A DNA stretch of 64,000 nucleotides from an uncultured Ignavibacteria bacterium. GTDB lineage: Bacteria > Zixibacteria > MSB-5A5 > CAIYYT01. Within the stretch, counting starts at the first letter, position 1. Each line of letters opens with the position of its first letter. Below are positions 47,847-56,975 of the stretch, one piece after another. The DNA lies in contig CAZOYE010000011.1 in NCBI GenBank assembly GCA_964584025.1, positions 25,588 through 89,587 of the forward strand. The letters are read 5' to 3'. The position numbers and the translations under genes were made by a program. A model generated the notes under the pieces. It ran no database searches. It saw only the letters and a program-made list of their open reading frames with translations, and was not told where the DNA came from.

Positions 47847-50384
47847 TTATTCGGTCGTGGTGACGGTTTTGAGATAGCGTTCTGCCAGTTTAACGGACTC
47901 CGCCTTCCGGAGCTGCCCGAAGAGAGAACGCGTGCTCTGCTTGACGTATTTGCGCAGAATGTCGTCAAAGATGACCGATCTCAACATAATAAACGTCTTA
48001 ACGATCAACTCGTTCAACTCTTCATCGGGCTTGCTGAACAATTTATGGTAGGATTGCGACTCGCCTAAGAGAATTTGAGCCAGAAAAGTCAGGCTGCGCT
48101 GCTTGTCGAGCTTAATCAGGACGGGTAAAATGGCCTGGCGATCGGTCACATTGCGCAGGAAATAGTCTTCGACGTAGGGATACTCGGCGGCGGAGCCGAT
48201 TTGCCCAAGGGCATGAAGGGCCTTGATGCTGATTTCCCGGATCGGGTGCTGCAGGAGGCGGGAGATGCCGCGGGCACCCTCGGTGCCGCCGAGCTTCTCG
48301 AGCGCGACCAGCGACTCCATGACGACGCGTTCGTCGCTATCCTGGATAAAGCGCAAGACCAGGGCTACCGAATCGGGGTGTGGTATGTTACCCAGAACGA
48401 AAAGCACATTTCGGAGCTTGAACCAGTTTTCCGTCGAAAGCTCCGGGTTGTTGGCTGCCCTGGCCGTGAGGCTGCGATCGGAAAGGACCAGCTTAAAAGC
48501 GTTAATGGTCTTCTCGCCGAAGCTTGAGAGGATACGGATCAGTGTGATGCGGACGCCGCGCTCGCGATGGCTCAGGTAGCTGGTGAAGACCAGGATCGGC
48601 TCGAGGTTATTGAACTTCTCCAGCAGCGGAATCATCGGCTTGCCAACGAGGTCAAAGTGCTTGGCGAGCTTGGAGATCAGTGTCTCCGCCAACTGGGCTG
48701 AGGTCATTCGCTGATGGGCCTTGGCGGCGGCATCAGCGACACCCTCCTGATAGATGACGTTGAAATCGAGCTTCTGGACGATCAGGTCAAGCAATGAAGC
48801 CGCTTCTTCATACAGGTCGATATCGATGTAGCTTTGATAATATTTCTCCACGATATCGGCGAGGAGATTGAATTCGCGCAGACTGATGTTCGGTTCGGCG
48901 ATGCGTTCTTTCAACTCCAAGAGCTGCAGCCCGGAAACCGGCGCATTGTTGTTCTCCGCACAGATCGAGGCAAAGCGCAGGAGCGCTTCGTGCTGAGTTT
49001 CGGTCAGTTCATAGCCCTGGCGGTCGAGTCCGGCGTAGAACTTCTTGACGAAGTCCTCGGTGTATTGCATGTCGCTGATGGTTTCGAGCCAGCCGATGAC
49101 ATCATCCACATTGCTGGGGTCGACATCCCCGAGGAAGAAATCAGACTTGAAATTCTCGATCTCGATGTGGGCGATCTTTTTCGGCGAGGCGTCAGTTGAG
49201 AGGATCTCGCGCAGATAGTCGTTGTCAACCAGGTCAAGCTGCTCGATTTCTTCCTTGAGGCGCGGCAACAATTGAATCGCCTCGCGTTCCTGGAGCATTT
49301 CGCGAAAACCGGTGAGAGCTTTGCCGACTTCGGCCCGGCTGGCTTGTTTGCCATCTGCAAATGACATACGCAGAGCGGCTACAAGTAGCCCGAGCAGCTC
49401 TTCATTGTTGACTTCGTTAAACGATTCTTTTAGCCGCTTGTAGTCCTCGGCTGTAAACTTGACGCCGTTACCTGCTCCGCTTCCACCGGCTCCGCTGCCT
49501 CCCCCCCCGCGCCCGATTCCAATCGCGCGTAAGCCTTCCTGCACAGATGCGCTGACTCGGCCCTTCCATTCAACGAAGCCTCCGCCGCCGGTGCCCTGAC
49601 CTGTGCCACCTCCACTGCCACTGCCACCGGATCCCGGCCCGAGTCCACTACCACCACCTTGACCGCTTCCTGAGCCGCCGCCTTCTCCGCTACCAACTCC
49701 GTCGCCGGTGCCTCCCCCGGAACCGGCGCCGCCGCCACCGAGGCGCCGAGTCAGAACCTGCAGGAGCAGTTCCGGATGCTTGCGGAGGACGTCAGACATT
49801 GTTTGTTCGACCTGCTGCATCAATTCTGGTGAGTCGAGACCGCCGCCGGAACCACTGCCTCCGGATCCCAACCCTCCACCTCCGCCGGCAGACAGTTCAT
49901 CCTCCGAGACCACGCGCTCGCCATCACGGACGAGTTGATACTGGAGCTTGCCGACAGTGATGCGCCGGATCTTCTCAGTCTCAAGGAAGTTCTGAATGTC
50001 GCGATGTTCTTTCTTGAGGTTGATGTGCGAAAGGAATTTTTCGAATTCGTCGGGCGTGACGCCGACCTCAAACGAGACGCTGTGCAGACCCGATTCAACC
50101 AGAACCTTCCCCAATCCTTCGGTAAGCATTTTCGCATCAAGCGGGATACCGTCACCGAGAAGAGTGCCTTCGGCGATGGCAAAGACAACAGTCTTGTCGG
50201 CCGCCAGAAGTTCTTTGAGAATCGCGAATGGTCGTTCCGCAGCCTTGGCGGAAATGGGATGACCGGGTGGATATATTCCGAGTTTGCGCGCCGCTGCTGA
50301 GACCTCGCGCAGGAAGGAGACGAGGGTCTCGGGTGAGAGCGCCGATTGCGTGGCTCGCTCCATATCTAAGTTAATCGGCAGCAA
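47847..50384 (-). CDS. HEAT-repeat protein with a long Gly/Ser-rich low-complexity linker
   Basis: C-terminal PBS-lyase/HEAT-like repeats (…VVMESLVALEKLGGTEGARGISRLLQHPIREISIKALHALGQIGSAAE…). A central ~150-aa GGGSG-type tract. Ends 3 nt before the downstream Omp85-like gene. Confidence 0.6.
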   Translation of the reverse strand: MLPINLDMERATQSALSPETLVSFLREVSAAARKLGIYPPGHPISAKAAERPFAILKELLAADKTVVFAIAEGTLLGDGIPLDAKMLTEGLGKVLVESGLHSVSFEVGVTPDEFEKFLSHINLKKEHRDIQNFLETEKIRRITVGKLQYQLVRDGERVVSEDELSAGGGGGLGSGGSGSGGGLDSPELMQQVEQTMSDVLRKHPELLLQVLTRRLGGGGAGSGGGTGDGVGSGEGGGSGSGQGGGSGLGPGSGGSGSGGGTGQGTGGGGFVEWKGRVSASVQEGLRAIGIGRGGGGSGAGGSGAGNGVKFTAEDYKRLKESFNEVNNEELLGLLVAALRMSFADGKQASRAEVGKALTGFREMLQEREAIQLLPRLKEEIEQLDLVDNDYLREILSTDASPKKIAHIEIENFKSDFFLGDVDPSNVDDVIGWLETISDMQYTEDFVKKFYAGLDRQGYELTETQHEALLRFASICAENNNAPVSGLQLLELKERIAEPNISLREFNLLADIVEKYYQSYIDIDLYEEAASLLDLIVQKLDFNVIYQEGVADAAAKAHQRMTSAQLAETLISKLAKHFDLVGKPMIPLLEKFNNLEPILVFTSYLSHRERGVRITLIRILSSFGEKTINAFKLVLSDRSLTARAANNPELSTENWFKLRNVLFVLGNIPHPDSVALVLRFIQDSDERVVMESLVALEKLGGTEGARGISRLLQHPIREISIKALHALGQIGSAAEYPYVEDYFLRNVTDRQAILPVLIKLDKQRSLTFLAQILLGESQSYHKLFSKPDEELNELIVKTFIMLRSVIFDDILRKYVKQSTRSLFGQLRKAESVKLAERYLKTVTTTE
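49440..49900. repeat. GGN-codon low-complexity nucleotide tract (Gly/Ser-rich coding)
   Basis: Plus strand is dominated by imperfect (CCN/GCC/ACC)n runs, e.g. ccactgccactgccaccggatcccggcccgagtccactaccaccacc. Confidence 0.7.
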
Positions 50385-50495
50385 CTGATTAGATATTTAG
50401 AGCGATGTGCTCAAATGCTGCGCTGACGTTCATTGTGAAACAAATGAGCGACAGTCAACTGGGTAAGCTCATGAAGGCAACAGGTTACGGCCCTT

Positions 50496-51689
50496 TTACT
50501 TGAGAAAAAGCAGTTTGAGCGCTCCTGATTTGCCGTATTGACGGCAAAAATAAATGCCGCTGGAAACAACATTTCCTGATGAATCCCGGCCATCCCACAT
50601 GAAGTAGTCTCTCCCATCGACGTTGAAGACGGTCACCAATCGGCGCACTTTGCGACCGAGAAGATCCATGATCACCATCTCCGCGGGGGAATCAGAGACG
50701 ATGGTCGTTTCCGAGTTGAATGGATTGGGGAAGCTCGACATCGAGCCGTTGGATGGGATGTCCTGTGCCGCCTGGTCGCCGGCGCTCGTCATGAGGTCGA
50801 TGAGAAGCGCATCAGACTTCGGCCCCAGATTATCGCCGAGCCAGGCAGCGACTGAAAGGTACTTGCCGTCGATTTCTTCTCGAGAGAAGACATAGTGCAT
50901 CGCCGAGGTGCCAGGCACAATTTGCTCCGGCATAGTAGCGGCTGCATCTCCAATACTGATCATGAAGATCGAAAAGGAATCAGGAAATTCCGCGGAAGGG
51001 GCGAAGCTGCCGATAGTGTCGCAGACGCTATAGGACATGCGCAGATGGACGTTCATATCAGTCAGATCAATCCAGGTGATTGACTCGCCTTCCGGAGTGC
51101 CGAACCACTGCCCCTCGGCGCCGATCGTGTAAGAGACCGCCAAGGCCGGTGCGGACGGAGTTGCTTCGAGCCACTCGACCATGACGTACACGGCATTACC
51201 GACACTGCAAAGCGCTTGAACCGGAAAGCGGCACCATTGCGCCGCTGAAGCGATTGTAGAACAGGCGACAATGTTCTCCCAGAGGGGGGCCTCCGACGAT
51301 GTGCCTGGCAGATGATCATAGATTGCCAGGCGAAACGGCGACATGAAGTCCCCGGGCTCCTCGACGTGCGGATCGCTCGGCCAGAGGCGCAGTTCCACGG
51401 CTTCGACAGCGATCTCCGGCCTTTCAACAGGCAGTTCCCTGACAAATCTGGCGCCGACGTACTCCGACGAATAGAACACAAATGAGATCGGTGTCTCATT
51501 ACGATCGCCGGCGAGTTGGCTGTTTACTCCGGGATAGTACCAGGCGACGACGACACTGTCGTCTCTTGCGGCATAGGAGAGTCCGTATGGCGCGTGGATT
51601 TCATCCGACTTGATTTCAGTTGAAACCGCCATGGCCGCCGCCAGGACGACAGCAAACGGAACCCTTATTTGAGCACCCCTACCATTCAT
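50496..51689 (-). CDS. secreted protein with a T9SS C-terminal sorting domain (CTD)
   Basis: Signal peptide MNGRGAQIRVPFAVVLAAAMAVST. The C-terminal ~80 aa FPNPFNSETTIVSDSPAEMVIMDLLGRKVRRLV...WDGRDSSGNVVSSGIYFCRQYGKSGALKLLFLK matches the Por-secretion CTD pattern (NPFN...DxxGRxV...WDGxxxxGxxxxSGxYF.R......KLLLxK). Confidence 0.75.
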   Translation of the reverse strand: MNGRGAQIRVPFAVVLAAAMAVSTEIKSDEIHAPYGLSYAARDDSVVVAWYYPGVNSQLAGDRNETPISFVFYSSEYVGARFVRELPVERPEIAVEAVELRLWPSDPHVEEPGDFMSPFRLAIYDHLPGTSSEAPLWENIVACSTIASAAQWCRFPVQALCSVGNAVYVMVEWLEATPSAPALAVSYTIGAEGQWFGTPEGESITWIDLTDMNVHLRMSYSVCDTIGSFAPSAEFPDSFSIFMISIGDAAATMPEQIVPGTSAMHYVFSREEIDGKYLSVAAWLGDNLGPKSDALLIDLMTSAGDQAAQDIPSNGSMSSFPNPFNSETTIVSDSPAEMVIMDLLGRKVRRLVTVFNVDGRDYFMWDGRDSSGNVVSSGIYFCRQYGKSGALKLLFLK

Positions 51690-51791
51690 GGATATGTTGG
51701 AAGATATTAGATCGTGCGCTGAGGCGCAAGCCATGAAATGGCTCAAGCATAATAGAATCAGTTCTCGATGATGTAATGATCGAAGAGCGGA

Positions 51792-52652
51792 TTAGTCGCG
51801 CGCCGAACTCAGCAATTCGCCCTTGGTGGTGGAATAGACTTCACGAACGGAGGCGAATTCGAACTCGGAAAGCATGCGGCGAAGTTTGGGTTCGACGGTC
51901 GAGAGATTCGTGTAATGGCGCAGTCGGCTTTTTAAAGCCACGCCGCTCTCGCGCGGTTGATCGGGATCGAGTTCCCAGGGATGAAGGTAGATCATGGCCG
52001 GATAGCCGGCTGCATTATATAAACGAATGGCTCGTCGTGTGTACCAGTACGGAAACATGCGAAAACTTCCGCCGCCACAAGCCGGCAGCCGTTTGCCGAG
52101 AAAGACGCAGGTTACCGGCGGGATTTCCAACAGCCGACCCTGGCTGGTATTGATGAAGTGTGGATAGCGAGGAGCGCTGGGGTCGCCGTAAAGATCGTGG
52201 CGGATCGGATAGATGCTTGAGTCATACTCGATGCCACATTTCACGAGAATTTCCCAGATCCACTCGCGTCCGCGTTCGGCCGAAAAGGTGGGAGCGCGAT
52301 AACCTTTGACCCGGACTCCGGAGGCATCTTCCAAAGCCCCGATCGAGCGGCGGATATCGTCCTCGAATTGCTTCTCGTCGAGGCGTGTCAGCGTATCGTG
52401 GCCGTAGCCGTGGGTCGCCAGTTCGTGGCCGCGCGCCTTGATCATTGCCATAATGTGCGGGAAGCGCTCGGCGAGCCAGCCAAGTGTGAAGAAAGTCGCG
52501 GTGGCGTGATATTCGTCGAGAATATCGAAAATCCGCATCATGTTCATCGTGAGCCGGCTTTGGCGCTTGGACCACTCCGAACGCGGAATGTGGCTGTAAA
52601 ACGCTTCGACCTGGAAGTGCTCTTCCACGTCAAATGACAGAATGTTCTTCAT
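51792..52652 (-). CDS. polysaccharide deacetylase, exopolysaccharide-locus subfamily (XrtA/PEP-CTERM-locus-type)
   Basis: MKNILSFDVEEHFQVEAF N-terminus typical of that subfamily. NodB-like His/Asp residues (HGYGHD). Confidence 0.7.
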   Translation of the reverse strand: MKNILSFDVEEHFQVEAFYSHIPRSEWSKRQSRLTMNMMRIFDILDEYHATATFFTLGWLAERFPHIMAMIKARGHELATHGYGHDTLTRLDEKQFEDDIRRSIGALEDASGVRVKGYRAPTFSAERGREWIWEILVKCGIEYDSSIYPIRHDLYGDPSAPRYPHFINTSQGRLLEIPPVTCVFLGKRLPACGGGSFRMFPYWYTRRAIRLYNAAGYPAMIYLHPWELDPDQPRESGVALKSRLRHYTNLSTVEPKLRRMLSEFEFASVREVYSTTKGELLSSARD

Positions 52653-52655
52653 ATC

Positions 52656-53360
52656 TCACGACTTCTTGGTTGCGTAGTTGTAACCGTAGTACTGATGGTT
52701 GTAGTGGTACGGCAACACGCCGGACACATTGTTCAGTACAACACCGACGATATTCGCATCGGTCTTACTGATTATATCGGCAGCCCGCTTGATAACTTCT
52801 TTCTGCGTTGCTCCTGCCTTGACGACGAGAAGAAGTCCGTCCATGTTTGGACCCAGGACCACCGGGTCGGATACCGGTATTATCGGGGCGCAATCGACGA
52901 AAACCAAGTCAAAATAGAATTTCACCTTTTCAATCGCCTCGATCACTTTATCGCTTTCAAACAGCTCTGTAGGGTTGTGTTTCAGAGTGCCGGCGGTGAG
53001 AATCCAAAGATCGCTGATCTTGGTCGGCTTAAAGGCGTCCTCGGCCTTGGCAGTGCCGTCGATGATATCGGTCACGCCGGGCTCGAGAGGAAGGTCAAAT
53101 ATCTTGTGGATCGTCGGGCGGCGCAGGTCGGCGTCGATAAGGATTGTCTTGCGTTTCTTATAGGAGGCCGCCGTGATCGCCAGATAAGACGACACGGTAG
53201 ACTTCCCCTCCGAGAGCATTGCCGAGGTGACAAGGAAAGACCGTTTCGAGACACCCTTGACAGGCCGGGTGATATTGTGCAGCAGGCGGCGGAATTCGGT
53301 ACCGACAACGGACTCGGGATGGTAATACTCCCAGATCGGTCTGCGCCGCTCCTTGTTCAC
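52656..53360 (-). CDS. CpsD/CapB-type bacterial tyrosine autokinase (cytoplasmic BY-kinase domain)
   Basis: Walker A SAMLSEGKSTVSSYLA, Walker A' ILIDADLRRP, Walker B LVFVDCAP, and a C-terminal tyrosine cluster YHYNHQYYGYNY. Confidence 0.85.
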   Translation of the reverse strand: MNKERRRPIWEYYHPESVVGTEFRRLLHNITRPVKGVSKRSFLVTSAMLSEGKSTVSSYLAITAASYKKRKTILIDADLRRPTIHKIFDLPLEPGVTDIIDGTAKAEDAFKPTKISDLWILTAGTLKHNPTELFESDKVIEAIEKVKFYFDLVFVDCAPIIPVSDPVVLGPNMDGLLLVVKAGATQKEVIKRAADIISKTDANIVGVVLNNVSGVLPYHYNHQYYGYNYATKKS

Positions 53361-53362
53361 AA

Positions 53363-54487
53363 CTATCCTTTCAGGATCGCCTTGACTAAAGCATCGAAGC
53401 CGCGGAATTCGTTCTCCGCGAGGCGCAGGCTCTTCTTTGCGCGCTCGAAGTCCGGATTGATCTTGAGAGCTTCCTGATACTCCTTGATCGCCTTGGAGTG
53501 AATGAACCGCCCCATGAGCGTGTAGGCGACCGCAAGATCGTAGTGAAGGTCCGGGAAATGAGGATTCTTGGCAATGGCGTCCTTGAGATTCTCGATGCGG
53601 CGGCGCAGTGTTTTCTCGTCGATTTTGTCAGTGACGAGCATGAATTTCAGGTAGACGCTGGAGAACTCGCGGAAGCGCTGTTCCTTCTTACGCTCGCGAG
53701 CCAGTACGAGCTTTGTGTAGGCGCCTTCCAGATCGCCCTCGCCAAACAGGCGCCGGCCGTCATCGAAGTTTTTGTCCTGATACTCGGGGCAGACGACAAT
53801 GGCTCGCTCGAGATTTTCGGCGATTTTTTCGGTGGCTTCCGAGAACAGCTTGAAGTCCTCGCGTCTTATCGAATTTAAGACGTAGGTCAGCGCCTTGTTG
53901 TAGTAGGCGTCACCGTAGTAGATGTTGATGGTGATGGCCTCATCGAATTCGATCATGGCGCGCTTGCAGCTCCCGTGCGCCAGATAGGCCTCGCCGAGGT
54001 TGTTGCGATAGTCCGCAAAACGCGGTTGTGAATCGACGCAGCGATTGAAGACTTCGATCGCTTCGGCGAACTTGTTCTGCATCATCAGGACCTGCCCCAG
54101 GTGACACCACTGCTCGTGGCCGTCGGGCCGCAGCGAGACCGCGCGGCGGAACAGGACCTCGGCTTCGTTGTACATCTTCTTGTACATGAGCGCGAGAGCA
54201 AGGTAGTCGATCTGCTCGGCTTCGTTGGAGCTGAGCGCCTCTTTATAACGCTCAAAGATGTGCTCGACTTCTTCTTTGCGTTCTTTGTGGGCGTTCTTCA
54301 CCAGTTCGAGCAGTTCCTGCTCGGGCAGATGCGGGTAGACGTTTTCTTCAACCGTTTCGAGCAACTGACCCTCGGCGAAGATCGACGAGCGAATCTGGTG
54401 ATTCGCCGTGTCGTTCACCGTCTGGATCAGATATTCGCGATCGGTCGAAGCGACCCGCGAGTTGAGTCGATAAGTTTCCATCAGCAC
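53363..54487 (-). CDS. TPR-repeat protein within the exopolysaccharide cluster
   Basis: Multiple canonical 34-aa TPR units (AxxYxxLGxAY-type). Confidence 0.65.
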   Translation of the reverse strand: MLMETYRLNSRVASTDREYLIQTVNDTANHQIRSSIFAEGQLLETVEENVYPHLPEQELLELVKNAHKERKEEVEHIFERYKEALSSNEAEQIDYLALALMYKKMYNEAEVLFRRAVSLRPDGHEQWCHLGQVLMMQNKFAEAIEVFNRCVDSQPRFADYRNNLGEAYLAHGSCKRAMIEFDEAITINIYYGDAYYNKALTYVLNSIRREDFKLFSEATEKIAENLERAIVVCPEYQDKNFDDGRRLFGEGDLEGAYTKLVLARERKKEQRFREFSSVYLKFMLVTDKIDEKTLRRRIENLKDAIAKNPHFPDLHYDLAVAYTLMGRFIHSKAIKEYQEALKINPDFERAKKSLRLAENEFRGFDALVKAILKG

Positions 54488-54490
54488 TTC

Positions 54491-56005
54491 CTATGCCGCC
54501 TTCATTCCCTTGGCTTGCGACGAGGCATCGATATTCGGAATGGTCCCGACCACCTCCAGCCCCAAGAGCTCTTCAATATCTTCAACGCGTTTAATCGAAT
54601 GGTCAACGACCTCGACAACAACGACGGCGCAGCCGCCCAGCACGAGTCCCAGAGCGAGTCCCATCAGGGTGATCTTGCCGCGATCGGGCGAAGAGGGCTC
54701 CAGGGGAATCGTAGCCGGTTCGAGGATCGTATAGCGCGTTTCCGCCTCCGCTTCCTTGCTGGCGCGCGCGATTTTCTGGCGCTGAGCCTCGTCCTGCCAG
54801 TTCAAATATTCTTTCTTCTTTTCTTCAACTTTGTTCTCCAGACGCTTCACCATCTGTTCATAATACGGTTGGCCGGCGATGACGCCCCGAATTTCATTCA
54901 CTGCCGCGGCGAGGATTTCCCGTTTGCGCTGCAGAAAGCTGATTTCGTGAGAGCGGTAGACGAACTCGCCGGCCTCGTTGCGCGCGGCGGTTGCCAGGTT
55001 CGGATACTGCTGCGCAACGATGCGCGTACAGGCAGTTTGCAGTGAATCGAGCGCATCGCGCGTCCGGAGCAGCTGCGATTGGATCTTGCCGTCCTTCCAG
55101 AGATACCGCGAGAGCAGCTCGGCCGTTTCCCGCGTTGACTCCTCGGCGGCGGCTTTGTGGCGGCGGACCTCCGGCGTTACGGCCAGCACTCTTGCGGTGT
55201 CGATCCCTTCCGAGATAAGCTTGCCCGCCAGGAAATTCACCCGGTCAGAAGCTTCACTGGTTTCGATGCGAGTGGCGTCGACTTCCGACTCGATCTGTCC
55301 CAGATTCTGATCGGAATTGATCCCCGCCTGCAGTTGCCGATTGCGGTAGGAAGTCATGAAGTCGGTGAGTTGTTTGTCGGCGTCTTCGTATTCTTTCTTG
55401 GCGATCGAGAGCTGTTTCTCCGCGAGGGACTGGCCTTCGTCACCGGCCAAAACCTGCTCGCTCAGTTTGCGTTCGCGATAGACCTCGGCCAGGGCTGTGG
55501 CCATGCCAGCGGCCTGGCGCGGATTGCGCGAGCGGGCGGTAATGACGACCTGATTTTCCCCGATGAGGCCGACCTCGATATCGTCACGCAATTCCTCGAT
55601 CTGGAGGGTGCGCACCATAGTCGGCAAGTCGTTATCGGGAAAGTCGGATAACATGTTCCGGGCGTCGGCCATCACGCGCTCCGATGGCTCAAGTTTCATT
55701 TGCTCGATCATCCGATTGATATAGCCGGAAGAAGTGATCTCCGAGCGCGTCGCCGCGAGCCAGTACTGGCGCGCCCGAGGTTCGGGCAAGACTCCGGCTT
55801 CGTCCGGGAGCAGCCGCTCGAGTGTTGGTGAGAGGAATTTCTGATTGGAAATCACGACCTTGGTTGCCGATTCGAAAATGGTCGGCAACGCGTAACTGCC
55901 GGCGAAGGCGACTGCTGTGACGACGACCAACGGCGTCACCAGCCAGAACTTCCGCTTCCAAACGATCTGCCAGATGTCGCGCAGTGTGATTTGGCGCTGA
56001 CTCAC
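54491..56005 (-). CDS. polysaccharide chain-length determinant protein (Wzz/GumC family; BY-kinase transmembrane activator)
   Basis: Wzz N-terminal motif (LRDIWQIVWKRKFWLVTPLVVV). Large periplasmic coiled-coil region. C-terminal transmembrane helix (ITLMGLALGLVLGGCAVVVV). Confidence 0.8.
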   Translation of the reverse strand: MSQRQITLRDIWQIVWKRKFWLVTPLVVVTAVAFAGSYALPTIFESATKVVISNQKFLSPTLERLLPDEAGVLPEPRARQYWLAATRSEITSSGYINRMIEQMKLEPSERVMADARNMLSDFPDNDLPTMVRTLQIEELRDDIEVGLIGENQVVITARSRNPRQAAGMATALAEVYRERKLSEQVLAGDEGQSLAEKQLSIAKKEYEDADKQLTDFMTSYRNRQLQAGINSDQNLGQIESEVDATRIETSEASDRVNFLAGKLISEGIDTARVLAVTPEVRRHKAAAEESTRETAELLSRYLWKDGKIQSQLLRTRDALDSLQTACTRIVAQQYPNLATAARNEAGEFVYRSHEISFLQRKREILAAAVNEIRGVIAGQPYYEQMVKRLENKVEEKKKEYLNWQDEAQRQKIARASKEAEAETRYTILEPATIPLEPSSPDRGKITLMGLALGLVLGGCAVVVVEVVDHSIKRVEDIEELLGLEVVGTIPNIDASSQAKGMKAA

Positions 56006-56970
56006 TCTCCCAACCTGTCAATAAGCAGAACGGTCGATGTGATTGTCGTCCCTAACGTGATGATGTCACGGAATAGATTGAACCCGCTGCCGACTCCACC
56101 CGAGCGCGCCGGGATGTAAATGGCATCCTCGGGCTTGAGCAGATAGCGCTGCGGGCTGCCGGTTTTGAGCTGTTTGTCGAGATTCACCTCGTAAACATTG
56201 GCGTAGTCGCCGCTCTTGGAAGAGACGCGGATCTTCTTGAGGTCGGCATCCGGCGTGGTGCCTCCAGCCAGCGCGATCGCCTCAATCAGATCAAGGCGGG
56301 CATCCAGCGTGTACGCATTCGGCCGAGTCACAGCGCCAACGATGTAGAAAACGTTACGTTTGGCTTCACTTTCGGCAAGATTGATATTCGTCGGCACGCC
56401 GCCCAGAGTGGGAGGCACGCGAATGATGTCCTTTGCATGCACTTCCGGGAGTTGCGAAAAATCGCGCGATCGAATCGCCGAGAGTACGTCGACGGTGAGC
56501 ACGGTGCCTGGATCAACGGCGCCGCCGCGGATCAGGCGGACATTGGTTAAGTCGCCGGTAGCAGTCGGGCCGCCCATTTCCTTAATGACCGTCCAGATAT
56601 CAGGAATGACTTCCCTGGCATATCTGCCTGGAGAAACAACCTCACCTTCAACAAAAACGGTCTGAGAATTGAAAGCCGTGACGACAACGGTGGCCTGGCT
56701 GATGTCGCGATTAAATCGCGAGACTTGCTCGACGATCTTACGGGATAGTTGCGATGTGGTCAAGCCGGCCGCCGTGATTTCACCGATGACTGAAAGGGTG
56801 ATTTTGCCGTCGGCATTCACAACAACCGACTGGTCGAGAGTAGGCGCCTGCCAGAACGAGACCTGCAGAACATCATCAATCCCGATGACGTAGTCTGCTA
56901 GGGCGCTCTGCGGGGCCGCTAACCCGAGAAAAACCAGCAACAAGATGGGTAGTAATAACTTCCGAGTCAT
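56002..56970 (-). CDS. polysaccharide export protein (Wza/EpsE-like; Poly_export + SLBB domains)
   Basis: Signal peptide. DYVIGIDDVLQVSFWQAPTLD...NADGKITLSVIGEITAAGLT is the Poly_export signature. Followed by SLBB-like repeats. Confidence 0.8.
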   Translation of the reverse strand: MTRKLLLPILLLVFLGLAAPQSALADYVIGIDDVLQVSFWQAPTLDQSVVVNADGKITLSVIGEITAAGLTTSQLSRKIVEQVSRFNRDISQATVVVTAFNSQTVFVEGEVVSPGRYAREVIPDIWTVIKEMGGPTATGDLTNVRLIRGGAVDPGTVLTVDVLSAIRSRDFSQLPEVHAKDIIRVPPTLGGVPTNINLAESEAKRNVFYIVGAVTRPNAYTLDARLDLIEAIALAGGTTPDADLKKIRVSSKSGDYANVYEVNLDKQLKTGSPQRYLLKPEDAIYIPARSGGVGSGFNLFRDIITLGTTITSTVLLIDRLGE

Positions 56971-56975
56971 AACTC

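Noticed and set aside
54101-55045. 314-aa plus-strand ORF and 61335..62237 300-aa plus-strand ORF in the EPS/PP2C region
   Set aside because: Antisense shadow ORFs overlapping strongly supported minus-strand genes.
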